Positions 1 to 9,505 of a stretch of 33,978 nucleotides of DNA are shown piece by piece. The DNA comes from a virus: the IMG/VR virus record IMGVR_UViG_3300029868_000015; one strand, written 5' to 3'. Under the pieces are notes generated by a model, which was given only the letters and a program-made list of their open reading frames with translations, made no database searches and had not been told where the DNA came from. Positions within the stretch are counted from its first letter, which is position 1. Each line of letters begins with the position of its first letter. A program made the translations under genes and the position numbers.

Positions 1-119
1 ATCAGTGGGAAATACTAGACCTTCCAGCAATACAGGACAATCAAGCGCTATGGCCTTCAAAGTACCCACTTGATAAGCTCCAGAAGATTAAAGCCGCAAT
101 TGGTGCAAGGGAATGGTCG
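1..119. repeat. Terminal direct repeat, left copy (identical to 33860..33978). This is the assembly overlap of a circular or circularly permuted genome.
   Basis: Read directly: atcagtgggaaatactagacc...ggtgcaagggaatggtcg is present at both window ends. Unit length is 33859 bp. Confidence 0.95.
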
Positions 120-791
120 GCACTATATCAACAGCAGCCGCAACCAGACGAGGGAACATACTTCCTGAAGACATGGTTTGAAAGATACGACAAGTTGCCT
201 GACCCTGTGAACGTCTGGATGACTTCAGATTACGCCGTGAGTGAAGATAAGGGCGACTACACAGAACACACAGTCTGGGGTATTGATTACGAAAACAATA
301 TTTATGTGATGGATAATTGGCACGGCCAAACAACACCTGATGTGTGGATTGATGAAGCATTAAAATTGATCCGTAAATACACCCCTTATGTGTGGTTCGG
401 CGAAGGCGGGGTAATTCGCAGGTCAACAGAACCTTTCATCAGGAAGGCTATGCAAGACCAGGAGACATACGTTCGGCTAGAGTGGATAAACCCAGTTGGC
501 GATAAGCCTTCAAGGGCCAGAGCATTTCAAGCACGTGCCGCAATGGGCAAAGTGTTTCTTCCGAATAACGAGGTAGGCAATCGGGCGCTAGACCAATTAA
601 TACGGTTCCCAACTGGTAAGCATGACGATTTCGTTGATACCGCTTCATTGATGGGCTTAGTGATTGCTCAGGCACACCAAGCATTTATTCCAACCAAGGA
701 ACCAGCAACGGATTACTTGCGCCAAACAAGGTTTAAAGATATTGTTAGGGGCGCAGGCAAAAACCGCAAAGCAAGAGAAAAGATTTGGTAA
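1..791 (+). CDS. terL: Terminase large subunit, C-terminal (nuclease) part. The 5' part of the same ORF is 33121..33978.
   Basis: Frame 3 is open from base 3 to TAA 789-791. The duplicated 119 bp keeps this frame continuous with the ORF starting at ATG 33121, giving a joined length of 1530 nt. The motif FPTGKHDDFVDTASLMG resembles the TerL nuclease C-terminus. Confidence 0.9.
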   Translation, partial: QWEILDLPAIQDNQALWPSKYPLDKLQKIKAAIGAREWSALYQQQPQPDEGTYFLKTWFERYDKLPDPVNVWMTSDYAVSEDKGDYTEHTVWGIDYENNIYVMDNWHGQTTPDVWIDEALKLIRKYTPYVWFGEGGVIRRSTEPFIRKAMQDQETYVRLEWINPVGDKPSRARAFQARAAMGKVFLPNNEVGNRALDQLIRFPTGKHDDFVDTASLMGLVIAQAHQAFIPTKEPATDYLRQTRFKDIVRGAGKNRKAREKIW

Positions 792-2899
792 TGGCTAAAA
801 AACGTTCAATGACAGATTCACAAAAGTTCTGGGCGGGTCAGATTTCCGGCCAAAAGAAGAAGTTTAAGGACGGATGGTGGGGCCGTGGCGAGAACACCGT
901 TAAGCGGTATCGTGAGGGCGGGCAAGCTAAAGGTGAAACTAATTTTAATATCTTGTGGTCGAACACAGAAATCCTAAAAGCCGCTACATTCTCACGCACG
1001 CCTCCTCCCAATATTGCCCGCAGACATAAGAACGTTAATGCAGAGAATGACCCGCAGGTTAAGCTACAGTCAGCCGTAGCAAGGGAAGCTTCAGAAACAA
1101 TTGAACGTGTGCTTGAGTTCTACAGTGAAGAGAAGAGCTTCACCAAGAATCTCCGCAAGTGCCGCGATGATATGCTGTTGCCTGGGCGTGGCGTGGTTTG
1201 GGTTCAATATGATTCTGAGTTCAGGACTGTGCAGCTTGAGATAGAGGAGGATGTTTTAGACCTACCCGCAGAACAGCGACCAGAACCAACCTTTAGGTTT
1301 GAGGGGCAGATTATGACCCCTAATGAATTTATAGACATAGAAGGCGAAAGTACCCCGGTAGCGCATCAGTTCGTAAAGGAAGACCTTTCTCTCCATTACG
1401 TATACTGGAAGGACTTCCTAACGTCTGATTCCCGTTCATGGGAGGATGTGTGGTGGGTTGCTCGACTTCATGGGCTTGATAAAGACGAGTTAACTGATAA
1501 GTTCGGAAAAGAAGCTATAGACAAAATAGACTTTGACGGGTCCACGCAGACAGATAGCAACGACAACCGGCGCGATGTTTTCAACGTATGGGAAATATGG
1601 GATAAGACACGCGGAGAACGAGTGTGGTTTATGGAAGACGCGCTAGACACCCTGAAGATCCACAAGGTTACGCTTAACTTGAAAGACTTCTTCCCCTGCC
1701 CGCAGCCTATCATGCCATTTGAAACTAACGACACAATGATGCCTATTCCTGAGTTTTTGGTATACAAAGACTTGGCTGACGAACTTGATGTAATATCTAG
1801 CCGCCTTACTTCGTTGACAGAAGCCATGAAGCTTTCTGGCATCTATAATTCAATGAATAAGGAAAGCATTGCTAACCTACAGAGCGCAGATGATGGGCAA
1901 CTTATCGCTGTTAATATGTCGGCGTTTAATGAGGGCGGATCGTTAAGCCAGCAAATTGAATGGATGCCTATTGAGAAGGCTGCGGGTACTATTCAGCAGC
2001 TCGAATCTCGCAAGGCTATAATTAAAAACGAAATCCACGAGATTACAGGAATTAGTGATATTGTTCGCGGTGCTACTGATCCCAACGAAACGGCAACAGC
2101 GCAGCGTCTGAAGGGTTCCTTTGGTTCTCTTCGTTTGCGCCCAAGGCGTGAGCCTATGGAAGAGCTTGTTCGTGATGTTTACGGCATCATGGGCGAAATC
2201 ATTGCAGAACAATTTGACCAATCAACACTGGAGAAGATTACAGGAAAGCCTGTGCATCCAATGGTTATGGAGTTCTTACAGGATGATGAGCTTAGAGATT
2301 TCCGTATTGATGTTGAAACAGACGCTACAGTGCAGCCTAACCAGGAGCTAGACCAGCGCAACGCGGTAGAGTTTGTTCAAGTTATCAACAGTATGTTCTC
2401 TGTTGCTATCCCTGCCGTGAAAGAAACACCTGAATTAGGGGCTCTTGTGGGCGCAACCATGAAGTTCGTCGGCAATCAGTTTAAAGCGGGCCGTGAGCTT
2501 ATGGCTATCTTTGATGAAACAATTGACCGCATGACACAGCAGGCGCAGCAGCCACAAGGTGAAGACGTAGCGTCACAGCTTGCGGCTCAACAGCAGCAGA
2601 TTGAACAAGGCAAGCTTCAGGTTGACCAAGGCAAATTGCAGATCGAGCAAGGAAAACTACAGGGAGACTCTGAAGAGCGCCAATTAAAACAGCAGCAGCA
2701 GCAGATTGACGTTGCAACACTTCAGCAGGAAGAACGCATTAATAGCGAGAACAACCAGGTAGATTTACTGCAAAACCAGATCCAGGCAGGCGCGCAAGTA
2801 ACAACAGTGCAAATAGAGGCCGCAACATCTGCCGATGACAACGACACGAAAATAGCTGTTGAGCAGTTAAAACGCCTCGCTAGTAGTGGTTTAAATTAA
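791..2899 (+). CDS. Portal protein
   Basis: About 700 aa ORF immediately after terL, with a TAATG stop/start overlap at 789-793 (the track start 785 is an upstream TTG). Position and size are typical of a portal. The C-terminus is Q-rich and looks like a coiled coil. Confidence 0.75.
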   Translation: MAKKRSMTDSQKFWAGQISGQKKKFKDGWWGRGENTVKRYREGGQAKGETNFNILWSNTEILKAATFSRTPPPNIARRHKNVNAENDPQVKLQSAVAREASETIERVLEFYSEEKSFTKNLRKCRDDMLLPGRGVVWVQYDSEFRTVQLEIEEDVLDLPAEQRPEPTFRFEGQIMTPNEFIDIEGESTPVAHQFVKEDLSLHYVYWKDFLTSDSRSWEDVWWVARLHGLDKDELTDKFGKEAIDKIDFDGSTQTDSNDNRRDVFNVWEIWDKTRGERVWFMEDALDTLKIHKVTLNLKDFFPCPQPIMPFETNDTMMPIPEFLVYKDLADELDVISSRLTSLTEAMKLSGIYNSMNKESIANLQSADDGQLIAVNMSAFNEGGSLSQQIEWMPIEKAAGTIQQLESRKAIIKNEIHEITGISDIVRGATDPNETATAQRLKGSFGSLRLRPRREPMEELVRDVYGIMGEIIAEQFDQSTLEKITGKPVHPMVMEFLQDDELRDFRIDVETDATVQPNQELDQRNAVEFVQVINSMFSVAIPAVKETPELGALVGATMKFVGNQFKAGRELMAIFDETIDRMTQQAQQPQGEDVASQLAAQQQQIEQGKLQVDQGKLQIEQGKLQGDSEERQLKQQQQQIDVATLQQEERINSENNQVDLLQNQIQAGAQVTTVQIEAATSADDNDTKIAVEQLKRLASSGLN
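2600..2662 (+). repeat. Three tandem 21-bp coding repeats in the portal C-terminus (IEQGKLQ / VDQGKLQ / IEQGKLQ)
   Basis: Read directly: attgaacaaggcaagcttcag gttgaccaaggcaaattgcag atcgagcaaggaaaactacag. The units differ mainly at synonymous positions. Confidence 0.8.
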
Positions 2900-2902
2900 T
2901 TG

Positions 2903-2931
2903 TTTACGAATAACATAATTTTAGCTAGTAT
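2903..2931 (+). promoter_or_regulatory. Candidate sigma70-like promoter upstream of the scaffold/capsid genes
   Basis: TTTACG (2903-2908), a 17-nt spacer, then TAGTAT (2926-2931), in an AT-rich 59-bp gap after the portal stop. Confidence 0.3.
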
Positions 2932-2958
2932 TAACTGTAATTTAGTTAAGGGCGAATA

Positions 2959-3228
2959 ATGGCTATTTCACAGGAAGTCTTTGCATACTGGCGTAAACAT
3001 GGCGCTCCCGGTGTCACAACTAGTGAACGGGAGGCCTTTGTTTCTCAGGCTAACGGCAAGACTTACACTTGTTCCAAAAAATACGAAGCTGACATTAAAG
3101 CGCAGGGTTATGAGATTGTTGGAGACGCAGCAGTTGAAACCGCAGACGATAAGCCAAGCGCTGATTATGTGGCTAAACTAGATAGTGACATTAGAACAGC
3201 ATACAACAATCATGAGGGCGATACATGA
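2959..3228 (+). CDS. Hypothetical protein (89 aa) between portal and scaffold
   Basis: ORF with the SD-like sequence aagggcg upstream. An ATGA overlap joins it to the next gene. Confidence 0.6.
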   Translation: MAISQEVFAYWRKHGAPGVTTSEREAFVSQANGKTYTCSKKYEADIKAQGYEIVGDAAVETADDKPSADYVAKLDSDIRTAYNNHEGDT

Positions 3229-4343
3229 CTGATATGACACCAGAGCAGCAACTAACCGCTGACCTTGAAAAGGCTATGGAAGAGAACTTCTCGCCTGATG
3301 AAACAGAAGCCGTGGCCGAAGAGGTTACAAAAGCTGAGGAGCCGGAAGTTGAAGAAAGTACCGAACAATCTGAACCTGAAGAACCTGCTGATTCTACCGA
3401 AGCCAACGACGAAGATGGCGAAAAGCAGCCTGAAGCTTCCGACGTGGTGGAAGAAAGTGACACAGCATTAACTGAAGACGACGAAGAATTATTAACAGTA
3501 TCCGAAAGCTGGTCTAAAGAAGATCGCGCCGTTTTTGACGGAATGGAACCGGATGCACAACAGATATTACTTCAGCAGTCCAGGAACCTGCAAAAAGGGT
3601 TCACGCGTAAATCTATGAAACGTGCGGATGACCTGAAGTCTTATGAAGATATTGCCAGCCTATACAGTGGTATGGAAGTACAGTTGAACCAAGCAGGCCT
3701 GAACCCGGTAACGGCAACTCAGAGACTTGTGGGCGCTCAACAAGCACTTATGCAGAACCCTGAAGCTGGGCTAAGGCAATTAATGCAGGAATACGGCGGA
3801 GGCGACCTTAAGGGCATCGTCACGCGTATGGCAACAGACTTAGGCATAACCGCAGCAGCCGAAGAAGGCCAAGCTGAGTATATGAGCGATACAGAGCGAG
3901 CTTTGCAACAGCGTGTAACTGCAATGGAGCAGTCACAGATACAGCGGGCTCAAGAAACACAAACACAACAAGTCAACGCATTGCAAAATCAAGTCAATTT
4001 GTTTGAAGGCGCAACCGACGACCAAGGTAACAAGCTACACCCTCACTTTAATGAGGTTCAAAATGTAATCGTATCGTTAATAAACGGCGATCCGTCATTA
4101 AACCTAGACGCGGCATATGCCAAAGCCGTTCTGACTATTCCAAAGCATTTTGACTCATTAGTGAACGATAGAGTTACCGCAGCGCAGAAGACAGCAGACG
4201 CCAAGCGGAAACAAAAAGTAGCACAATCCAAGGACGCCGGTTTTAACGTCAACTCAAATAAAGCACCAGCTAAGAGCCGCGATAAGCGCGCCAACTTAGA
4301 TGATGCAATTAATGATTCGATGAGCAATCACAAGTTTGGCTAA
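3225..4343 (+). CDS. Scaffolding protein (candidate)
   Basis: Lies between portal and capsid. It has a very acidic E/D-rich N-terminal third followed by a Q/A-rich, helical-looking sequence. Call is from position and composition only. Confidence 0.6.
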   Translation: MTDMTPEQQLTADLEKAMEENFSPDETEAVAEEVTKAEEPEVEESTEQSEPEEPADSTEANDEDGEKQPEASDVVEESDTALTEDDEELLTVSESWSKEDRAVFDGMEPDAQQILLQQSRNLQKGFTRKSMKRADDLKSYEDIASLYSGMEVQLNQAGLNPVTATQRLVGAQQALMQNPEAGLRQLMQEYGGGDLKGIVTRMATDLGITAAAEEGQAEYMSDTERALQQRVTAMEQSQIQRAQETQTQQVNALQNQVNLFEGATDDQGNKLHPHFNEVQNVIVSLINGDPSLNLDAAYAKAVLTIPKHFDSLVNDRVTAAQKTADAKRKQKVAQSKDAGFNVNSNKAPAKSRDKRANLDDAINDSMSNHKFG

Positions 4344-4355
4344 TGGAGAAATAAT

Positions 4356-5336
4356 ATGGCTTCGGCTAATTCACTGTTTGACGATATTCTGACGTCAACG
4401 CTGATCAATCGTGATGGCGCTACCGCAGATAACGTATCAAACCATAACTCACTCTTGCGCTTCTTGCGTAAGGCTGGCAACATTTCATTGTATGACGGCG
4501 GCACTTCGCTATTGCAGAACATTGACTTCGCAGAAAACACTACTTTCAAGTGGTATAGCGATTACGATGTTCTTGACGTTTCAGCATCACAGACTTTTAG
4601 CGCTGCTGAGTACGATGAGAAGCAGTCTGCTGTTACTATCACTATGTCTGGTAAAGAGATGCGCCAGAACGCAGGCAGTAAAACCCGTGTATTCGATCTT
4701 GTAAAAGCTCGTATCATGAATGCTGACCGTACCGCTGCTAACAAGATTTCTACGGCAGTATATTCAGACGGAACTGGTTCTGGTGGTCAAGAGATTGGCG
4801 GCTTGCAGCTTCTTGTTGCTGATGATCCTACATCTGGTATCGTAGGCGGCATTAACCGCGCTAACTTCAGCTTCTGGCGTAACCAGAAATTTGATGTTGA
4901 CGTTGACGGTTCTGGCGCTGCTACTGCTGCGAACATTCAAGGCTACATGGATCAGCTATGGCTTGATTGTGTACGCGGCGAAGATGTTCCTAAGATGATC
5001 GTTGCAGACGTAAACTACTACAAGCTTTTCCGCGAGTCCTTGACTGACATTCAGCGCATCACAAGCACTGACACAGCAGGCGCTGGCGCAAACAACCTTG
5101 CCTACCACGGCACAGGCGGAACAGCACAGGTAATGATGGACAAGTCAGGCCCTGCAAATCACATGTATTTCTTGAACACAGACTTCCTGTTCTTCAAGGC
5201 GCACCGTGACGCTAACTTTACGTTCCAGCCTGAGCAGACACCTGTTAATCAAGACGCTGTTGTGAAGCACCTATTGTTCCAAGGTAATATGACCATGAGC
5301 AATGCTTCCCTCCAGGGCGTTCTGTTTGACGCATAA
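4356..5336 (+). CDS. Major capsid protein (candidate)
   Basis: 326 aa ORF directly after the scaffold gene, with the SD GGAGAA. The capsid plus decoration gene pair is followed by a strong hairpin. Order matches P22-type portal-scaffold-coat. Confidence 0.7.
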   Translation: MASANSLFDDILTSTLINRDGATADNVSNHNSLLRFLRKAGNISLYDGGTSLLQNIDFAENTTFKWYSDYDVLDVSASQTFSAAEYDEKQSAVTITMSGKEMRQNAGSKTRVFDLVKARIMNADRTAANKISTAVYSDGTGSGGQEIGGLQLLVADDPTSGIVGGINRANFSFWRNQKFDVDVDGSGAATAANIQGYMDQLWLDCVRGEDVPKMIVADVNYYKLFRESLTDIQRITSTDTAGAGANNLAYHGTGGTAQVMMDKSGPANHMYFLNTDFLFFKAHRDANFTFQPEQTPVNQDAVVKHLLFQGNMTMSNASLQGVLFDA

Positions 5337-5351
5337 GAAAGGAGAATAAAA

Positions 5352-5816
5352 ATGTCTAATGTAGGTTTAATTACTGACCGTATCGACACAAGCAAGAAAT
5401 ATACACTTGGCTTGGTTTTCGAGCAAAACCTTGATGCAACTGAAACTAAAAAGTTCAAGTACATTCAATATGAAGCTGGTACTGCCGCTGTAGCGGGTGT
5501 TGCTGGTGAGGTTTGTTACTATGATGGTGCCGGGGCAACTCTAACCAACATCGTAACAAGCGATCTATCTGATAGTGTTAATGTAGGCGCTGGCGTTCTT
5601 CAGGCTAATCTTGCTGACGGTAACTTCGGCTGGATTCAGGTTCGTGGTTCCGCAACGCTTACTATCGCACTAACCGCAGGCGCAGACGGTAACGCGCTTA
5701 CACCAGTTGGCTCAACAGACGGTTCACTTGATGTATCCGCCGCTTTTACTGACCATGTTTGTGCATATGCTGACGATATTTCTGAGAAGAAAATCATCTG
5801 TGCATTTCCAGACTAA
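5352..5816 (+). CDS. Head decoration / cement protein (candidate)
   Basis: 154 aa G/A/V-rich, beta-type sequence immediately after the capsid gene, with the strong SD GAAAGGAG. The call is positional. Confidence 0.4.
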   Translation: MSNVGLITDRIDTSKKYTLGLVFEQNLDATETKKFKYIQYEAGTAAVAGVAGEVCYYDGAGATLTNIVTSDLSDSVNVGAGVLQANLADGNFGWIQVRGSATLTIALTAGADGNALTPVGSTDGSLDVSAAFTDHVCAYADDISEKKIICAFPD

Positions 5817-5823
5817 TGAATTT

Positions 5824-5849
5824 GGGAGAGGGGCTTCGGCCCTTCTCTC
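5824..5849 (+). terminator. Stem-loop with a UUCG tetraloop after the capsid/decoration genes (attenuator or terminator-like, weak U tract)
   Basis: gggagaggggc ttcg gcccttctctc gives an 11-bp stem including 2 G-U pairs. It is followed by tcctc rather than a clean T run. Confidence 0.5.
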
Positions 5850-5873
5850 TCCTCAACAACAAAGGGCGAAACC

Positions 5874-6500
5874 ATGACTGACACAGAATTTTCCATATCT
5901 CACATCCACCAAGACGGCATAGATACAGGCACATTCATTTCCATCTACACTAAAGCTATACGAATGAACCGTCAGAGCGACGAAGAAGGCCGCGAGATTT
6001 ACGAAGACCGCGTATATATTAAGATTGAACCGCCAGGACAGACAAAATCTATCGTTAACCGCCCGATCAAAGATGATGACAAGGTGCGATTTAAAGCTGG
6101 GTGGGATAAGTTCGAGAGCGGAAAAGAATGTCAAGAGGGCGGCACACCAATTGAACGCTTGGGTGATTTGCCCCTATCTCGCTATAAGGAATTGCGGGCT
6201 ACTGGCTTTAGAACCATTGAACAATTAGCAAATGCACCAGATTCAAAGATTGGCTTTATTGGCCCTGATTCTTTGAACCTGAAAAAGCAAGCTAAATTAT
6301 TCCTTGCGGGACAAACAGAGGATAGTGTAAAGTTACAAGAGCTTGAAGCAGAGAATTCAGCCATGAAAGACGAAATGGCAGAGATGAAGGAAATGCTGGA
6401 ACAGCTAACGGCAGCCGAGGCCAAGCCGTCTACACCGAAACGTAGAGGAAGGCCTCCGAAGAATGACACTGCTGACCATAGTGAAGACAGCCCTGAATGA
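5874..6500 (+). CDS. Hypothetical head-module protein with an HhH-like segment and a C-terminal AT-hook
   Basis: 208 aa. LRATGFRTIEQLANAPDSKI is helix-hairpin-helix-like. A coiled-coil stretch (LQELEAENSAMKDEMAEMKEMLEQL) follows, then KRRGRPPKN, which contains the AT-hook core RGRP. Confidence 0.6.
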   Translation: MTDTEFSISHIHQDGIDTGTFISIYTKAIRMNRQSDEEGREIYEDRVYIKIEPPGQTKSIVNRPIKDDDKVRFKAGWDKFESGKECQEGGTPIERLGDLPLSRYKELRATGFRTIEQLANAPDSKIGFIGPDSLNLKKQAKLFLAGQTEDSVKLQELEAENSAMKDEMAEMKEMLEQLTAAEAKPSTPKRRGRPPKNDTADHSEDSPE

Positions 6501-7176
6501 AATCGGTAGTACCGAGGTTCCTTCAACTGTTGTAGGTAATGAGAACGAAACAGCAAAACAATCTTTAGCGCTTGCCAACCGGGCGCTAAGGGAGACCGCT
6601 AAACGTACTAAGTGGGAATTGCTGACCAGAACAGAGACTATCACAACGGTTGCCAGTCAAGCAGAGTATGACCTCCCCTCTGATTTCAAATCAATTCACA
6701 ATCAAACAATGTGGAACACCAGCCAGCGCAGGCCAACGCAGGCAGTGACGCCACAAGCATGGTCTTTCCTGCAAGCGTTCACTGACGTTAGCGGCATTAT
6801 CCTGCATTATAGAATTTTCCGTGATCCATCCGGAAACGGTCAAAAGGTGCAATTCTTTCCAACTCCAGGCGCAGGCCAAGTCATAACATACGAATATGTA
6901 TCTAATGGATTGGTGCAATCGGCTGCCGGAGTGTTGCAGGAAGAGTTCCTTGCGGATTCAGACACAGCATTGCTTGATGAAGACACAATTGCTTTAGGTT
7001 TAAAGTGGCGATTTGAATCGGCAAAAGGTTTCCCATATGCAGAATCTTTACAGGATTATGAGAAAGCCATTGCATATGATGTAGACGCAACACCTAGCCA
7101 AATCGTTAACATGGGCGGCGGGAATAGACGCTTGCGTACAGTGCTTATTGTTCCAGATTCGATAGTTGGCTCATGA
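6463..7176 (+). CDS. Head-to-tail adaptor (candidate, P22 gp4 position)
   Basis: 237 aa ORF that overlaps the previous gene by 38 nt. Call rests on synteny only. Confidence 0.4.
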   Translation: MTLLTIVKTALNEIGSTEVPSTVVGNENETAKQSLALANRALRETAKRTKWELLTRTETITTVASQAEYDLPSDFKSIHNQTMWNTSQRRPTQAVTPQAWSFLQAFTDVSGIILHYRIFRDPSGNGQKVQFFPTPGAGQVITYEYVSNGLVQSAAGVLQEEFLADSDTALLDEDTIALGLKWRFESAKGFPYAESLQDYEKAIAYDVDATPSQIVNMGGGNRRLRTVLIVPDSIVGS

Positions 7177-8771
7177 GAACAGCAATAGCAGACACAAGGC
7201 GGCGTACCCAGACTTCCACAGTGTTAGCACTGCAAGCTCCTATTGGGGGCTGGAATACTGCTGACAGCTTGGCAACGATGCCACAGCTTGACGCTATTGT
7301 TATGGATAACTTTATACCTGACGAATCAGGCGTAATTTTGCGGGGAGGGGATACCCTCTTTGCAACCGGCATGTCGGGCGCGGTTGAAATGTTGATTGAA
7401 TACGTCTCGCCCACGGATAATCAGCTTTTGGCCGCGTCTGACGGTAATATATACAATATCACATCTGGAACACCTTCGACACTAGGTACCGGGTTTACAA
7501 ATGCACAGTGGCAGACTGCTAACTATAATACGTTCACGTTCTTTGCCAACGGCGCGGATACTGTACAGCGGTATGACGGCACCACACTAGCCAATTCAAC
7601 GTTTAGCGGCGTGACACTCTCTACACTCATTAATGTGTCTGCTGTTCGCAATCGTATCTGGTTTGCCCGTAAGAACACAGGCGAAGCATGGTACGGGGGC
7701 CTAAACGCTGTATCTGGCGCTTTGACACTGTTCGATATTGGAGAAGTTGCAAGAGCTGGTTTCCTTGTTGAAGTCTCTTCATGGTCCCGTGATGCTGGTG
7801 ACGGCATGGACGATTTAACTATCTTCACAATGTCCACGGGCGAAACCCTAGCTTATACTGGCGATGTTGCTAGCACGTTTACCCTTGTAGGCAAGTTCCA
7901 GGCTCCTAAGCCTATCGGGTTTAGATGCACAACTAACATTGGTGGCGAATTGGTTGTTATCACTGAAGGCGGTTACTTTACCCTTTCGGATATTATGGCC
8001 GGTCAGATTAGACCGCAGGACGCGCTTTCAGCTAAGATCCGGCAGGCAGTTAGTGACGCGTTTAAGGCAAGCGGCAATCTAGACGGTTGGAGCATTCATT
8101 TAACTGAAGACAACCGGCGTATGATTATCAACGTTCCTGTTACAACAACCACATCAAACCAGCATGTGTTTAACACAGTTACTAAAGCATGGGGCAGATG
8201 GTTAGAGAGAAACACCTTCTCTATTGCTTCATTCCTTGGCGACCTATACGGCGGCTTTGCAGGCGGTGAAGTGTTCAAGCTTGAAACAGGACGCACCGAC
8301 GCCAGCCGCACGGCCAAATGGGACACCACAAACACAAATTGGGAAGATACAGTTCAGTTGTGGGAGTCACCACCCGGCGCTAATATTAAAGGTTACGCGA
8401 TACAAGCATTTAACGGCTTTGAAGAAGCGTTGCCCGGCGTAAGAAACAAACAGCTATCAATGATGCAGCCCTTCATTGAAGGTACGGGTAAAATTAAAAC
8501 TACCGTTGCAGTCTGGACAGATTTCTCTTTTGGCACGCTAACATCAAACTTGCAGACACTTAATGTGGGCGGTTTGTTTTGGGAAGAAGTACCAGACTTA
8601 TGGGAAGATGCAGACTTTAATTGGGAGAACAACCAAGGGGCGGTTTCACAAGTAAATCTCTCGGCGAACGCTATAGGAAGCAGCTTTGCAGTTGCAGTTG
8701 ATGCAGACACAAACCAAAGCATAGCTTGGTATAGTACAAACTTAACAATCAGGCCGGGAGGCATTATATAA
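7173..8771 (+). CDS. Tail hub / nozzle protein (candidate, P22 gp10 position)
   Basis: 532 aa, beta-rich with repeated G/T/N-rich segments. An ATGA overlap joins it to the upstream gene. Call rests on synteny only. Confidence 0.4.
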   Translation: MRTAIADTRRRTQTSTVLALQAPIGGWNTADSLATMPQLDAIVMDNFIPDESGVILRGGDTLFATGMSGAVEMLIEYVSPTDNQLLAASDGNIYNITSGTPSTLGTGFTNAQWQTANYNTFTFFANGADTVQRYDGTTLANSTFSGVTLSTLINVSAVRNRIWFARKNTGEAWYGGLNAVSGALTLFDIGEVARAGFLVEVSSWSRDAGDGMDDLTIFTMSTGETLAYTGDVASTFTLVGKFQAPKPIGFRCTTNIGGELVVITEGGYFTLSDIMAGQIRPQDALSAKIRQAVSDAFKASGNLDGWSIHLTEDNRRMIINVPVTTTTSNQHVFNTVTKAWGRWLERNTFSIASFLGDLYGGFAGGEVFKLETGRTDASRTAKWDTTNTNWEDTVQLWESPPGANIKGYAIQAFNGFEEALPGVRNKQLSMMQPFIEGTGKIKTTVAVWTDFSFGTLTSNLQTLNVGGLFWEEVPDLWEDADFNWENNQGAVSQVNLSANAIGSSFAVAVDADTNQSIAWYSTNLTIRPGGII

Positions 8772-9505
8772 TGGCAGATTTTACAGGTAATTCAATCGCA
8801 GATACTTACAAACGAGTGTTGCAGATCGGCGTGGATAATACCGGCGTTTCTGCAACACTACAGGACGTAGAAGACGGCGCGGGCGCAACAACGGCTTTGC
8901 AGCTGTCAACTAAAGCAGTCGTTTTCCAAAACGGCGGCACAGCGGAAGAATATGCTAGATTTAATGACAACGGCAAGTTATTGATGAACAATCCGGTAGC
9001 GTTAACCACTGGGCAGGGTTTCTCGTCTTCCCTTCAGTTAAACGGCTTGAATGGTAGCGATGCTAGCTTGTCAATTGCGCGATCTTCTGACAATACAGGC
9101 GGCACATTCTTATCTGGAAATAAGTCTAGGGGTACATTAGCTGCTCCGACTATTGTAGTGGACGGCGATAATATATTCAACATCACCGCAGCAGTACACA
9201 ACGGTACAGATTTTGACAATCCAGCGGTCCAAATGCGCTTTGTTGTTGAAGGCACTGTAACGCCCGGCGCGTCTTCGCAACCAGGAATGTTAGAAATAAC
9301 CAATGGTAGCGTTACGTCAGCTAGGTTTCATGGTGACAGTTACTTCGAAGTGCTTTTAGGAATTGTTAACGCCGTGTTTACAAACGGCTCAAGGCCTTCG
9401 GCTTCTTCTGTACGTGCAGGCACTGAGATTTGGAACAGCGACGACAAGTTTTCTAATACTTCAGACGGTTCTGACTGGTATGATCCTGCGGGGAACATCA
9501 CCTAA
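8771..9505 (+). CDS. Tail needle / fibre-like protein (candidate)
   Basis: 244 aa with a TAATG overlap. G/S/T/N-rich and beta-type. The call is positional. Confidence 0.35.
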   Translation: MADFTGNSIADTYKRVLQIGVDNTGVSATLQDVEDGAGATTALQLSTKAVVFQNGGTAEEYARFNDNGKLLMNNPVALTTGQGFSSSLQLNGLNGSDASLSIARSSDNTGGTFLSGNKSRGTLAAPTIVVDGDNIFNITAAVHNGTDFDNPAVQMRFVVEGTVTPGASSQPGMLEITNGSVTSARFHGDSYFEVLLGIVNAVFTNGSRPSASSVRAGTEIWNSDDKFSNTSDGSDWYDPAGNIT

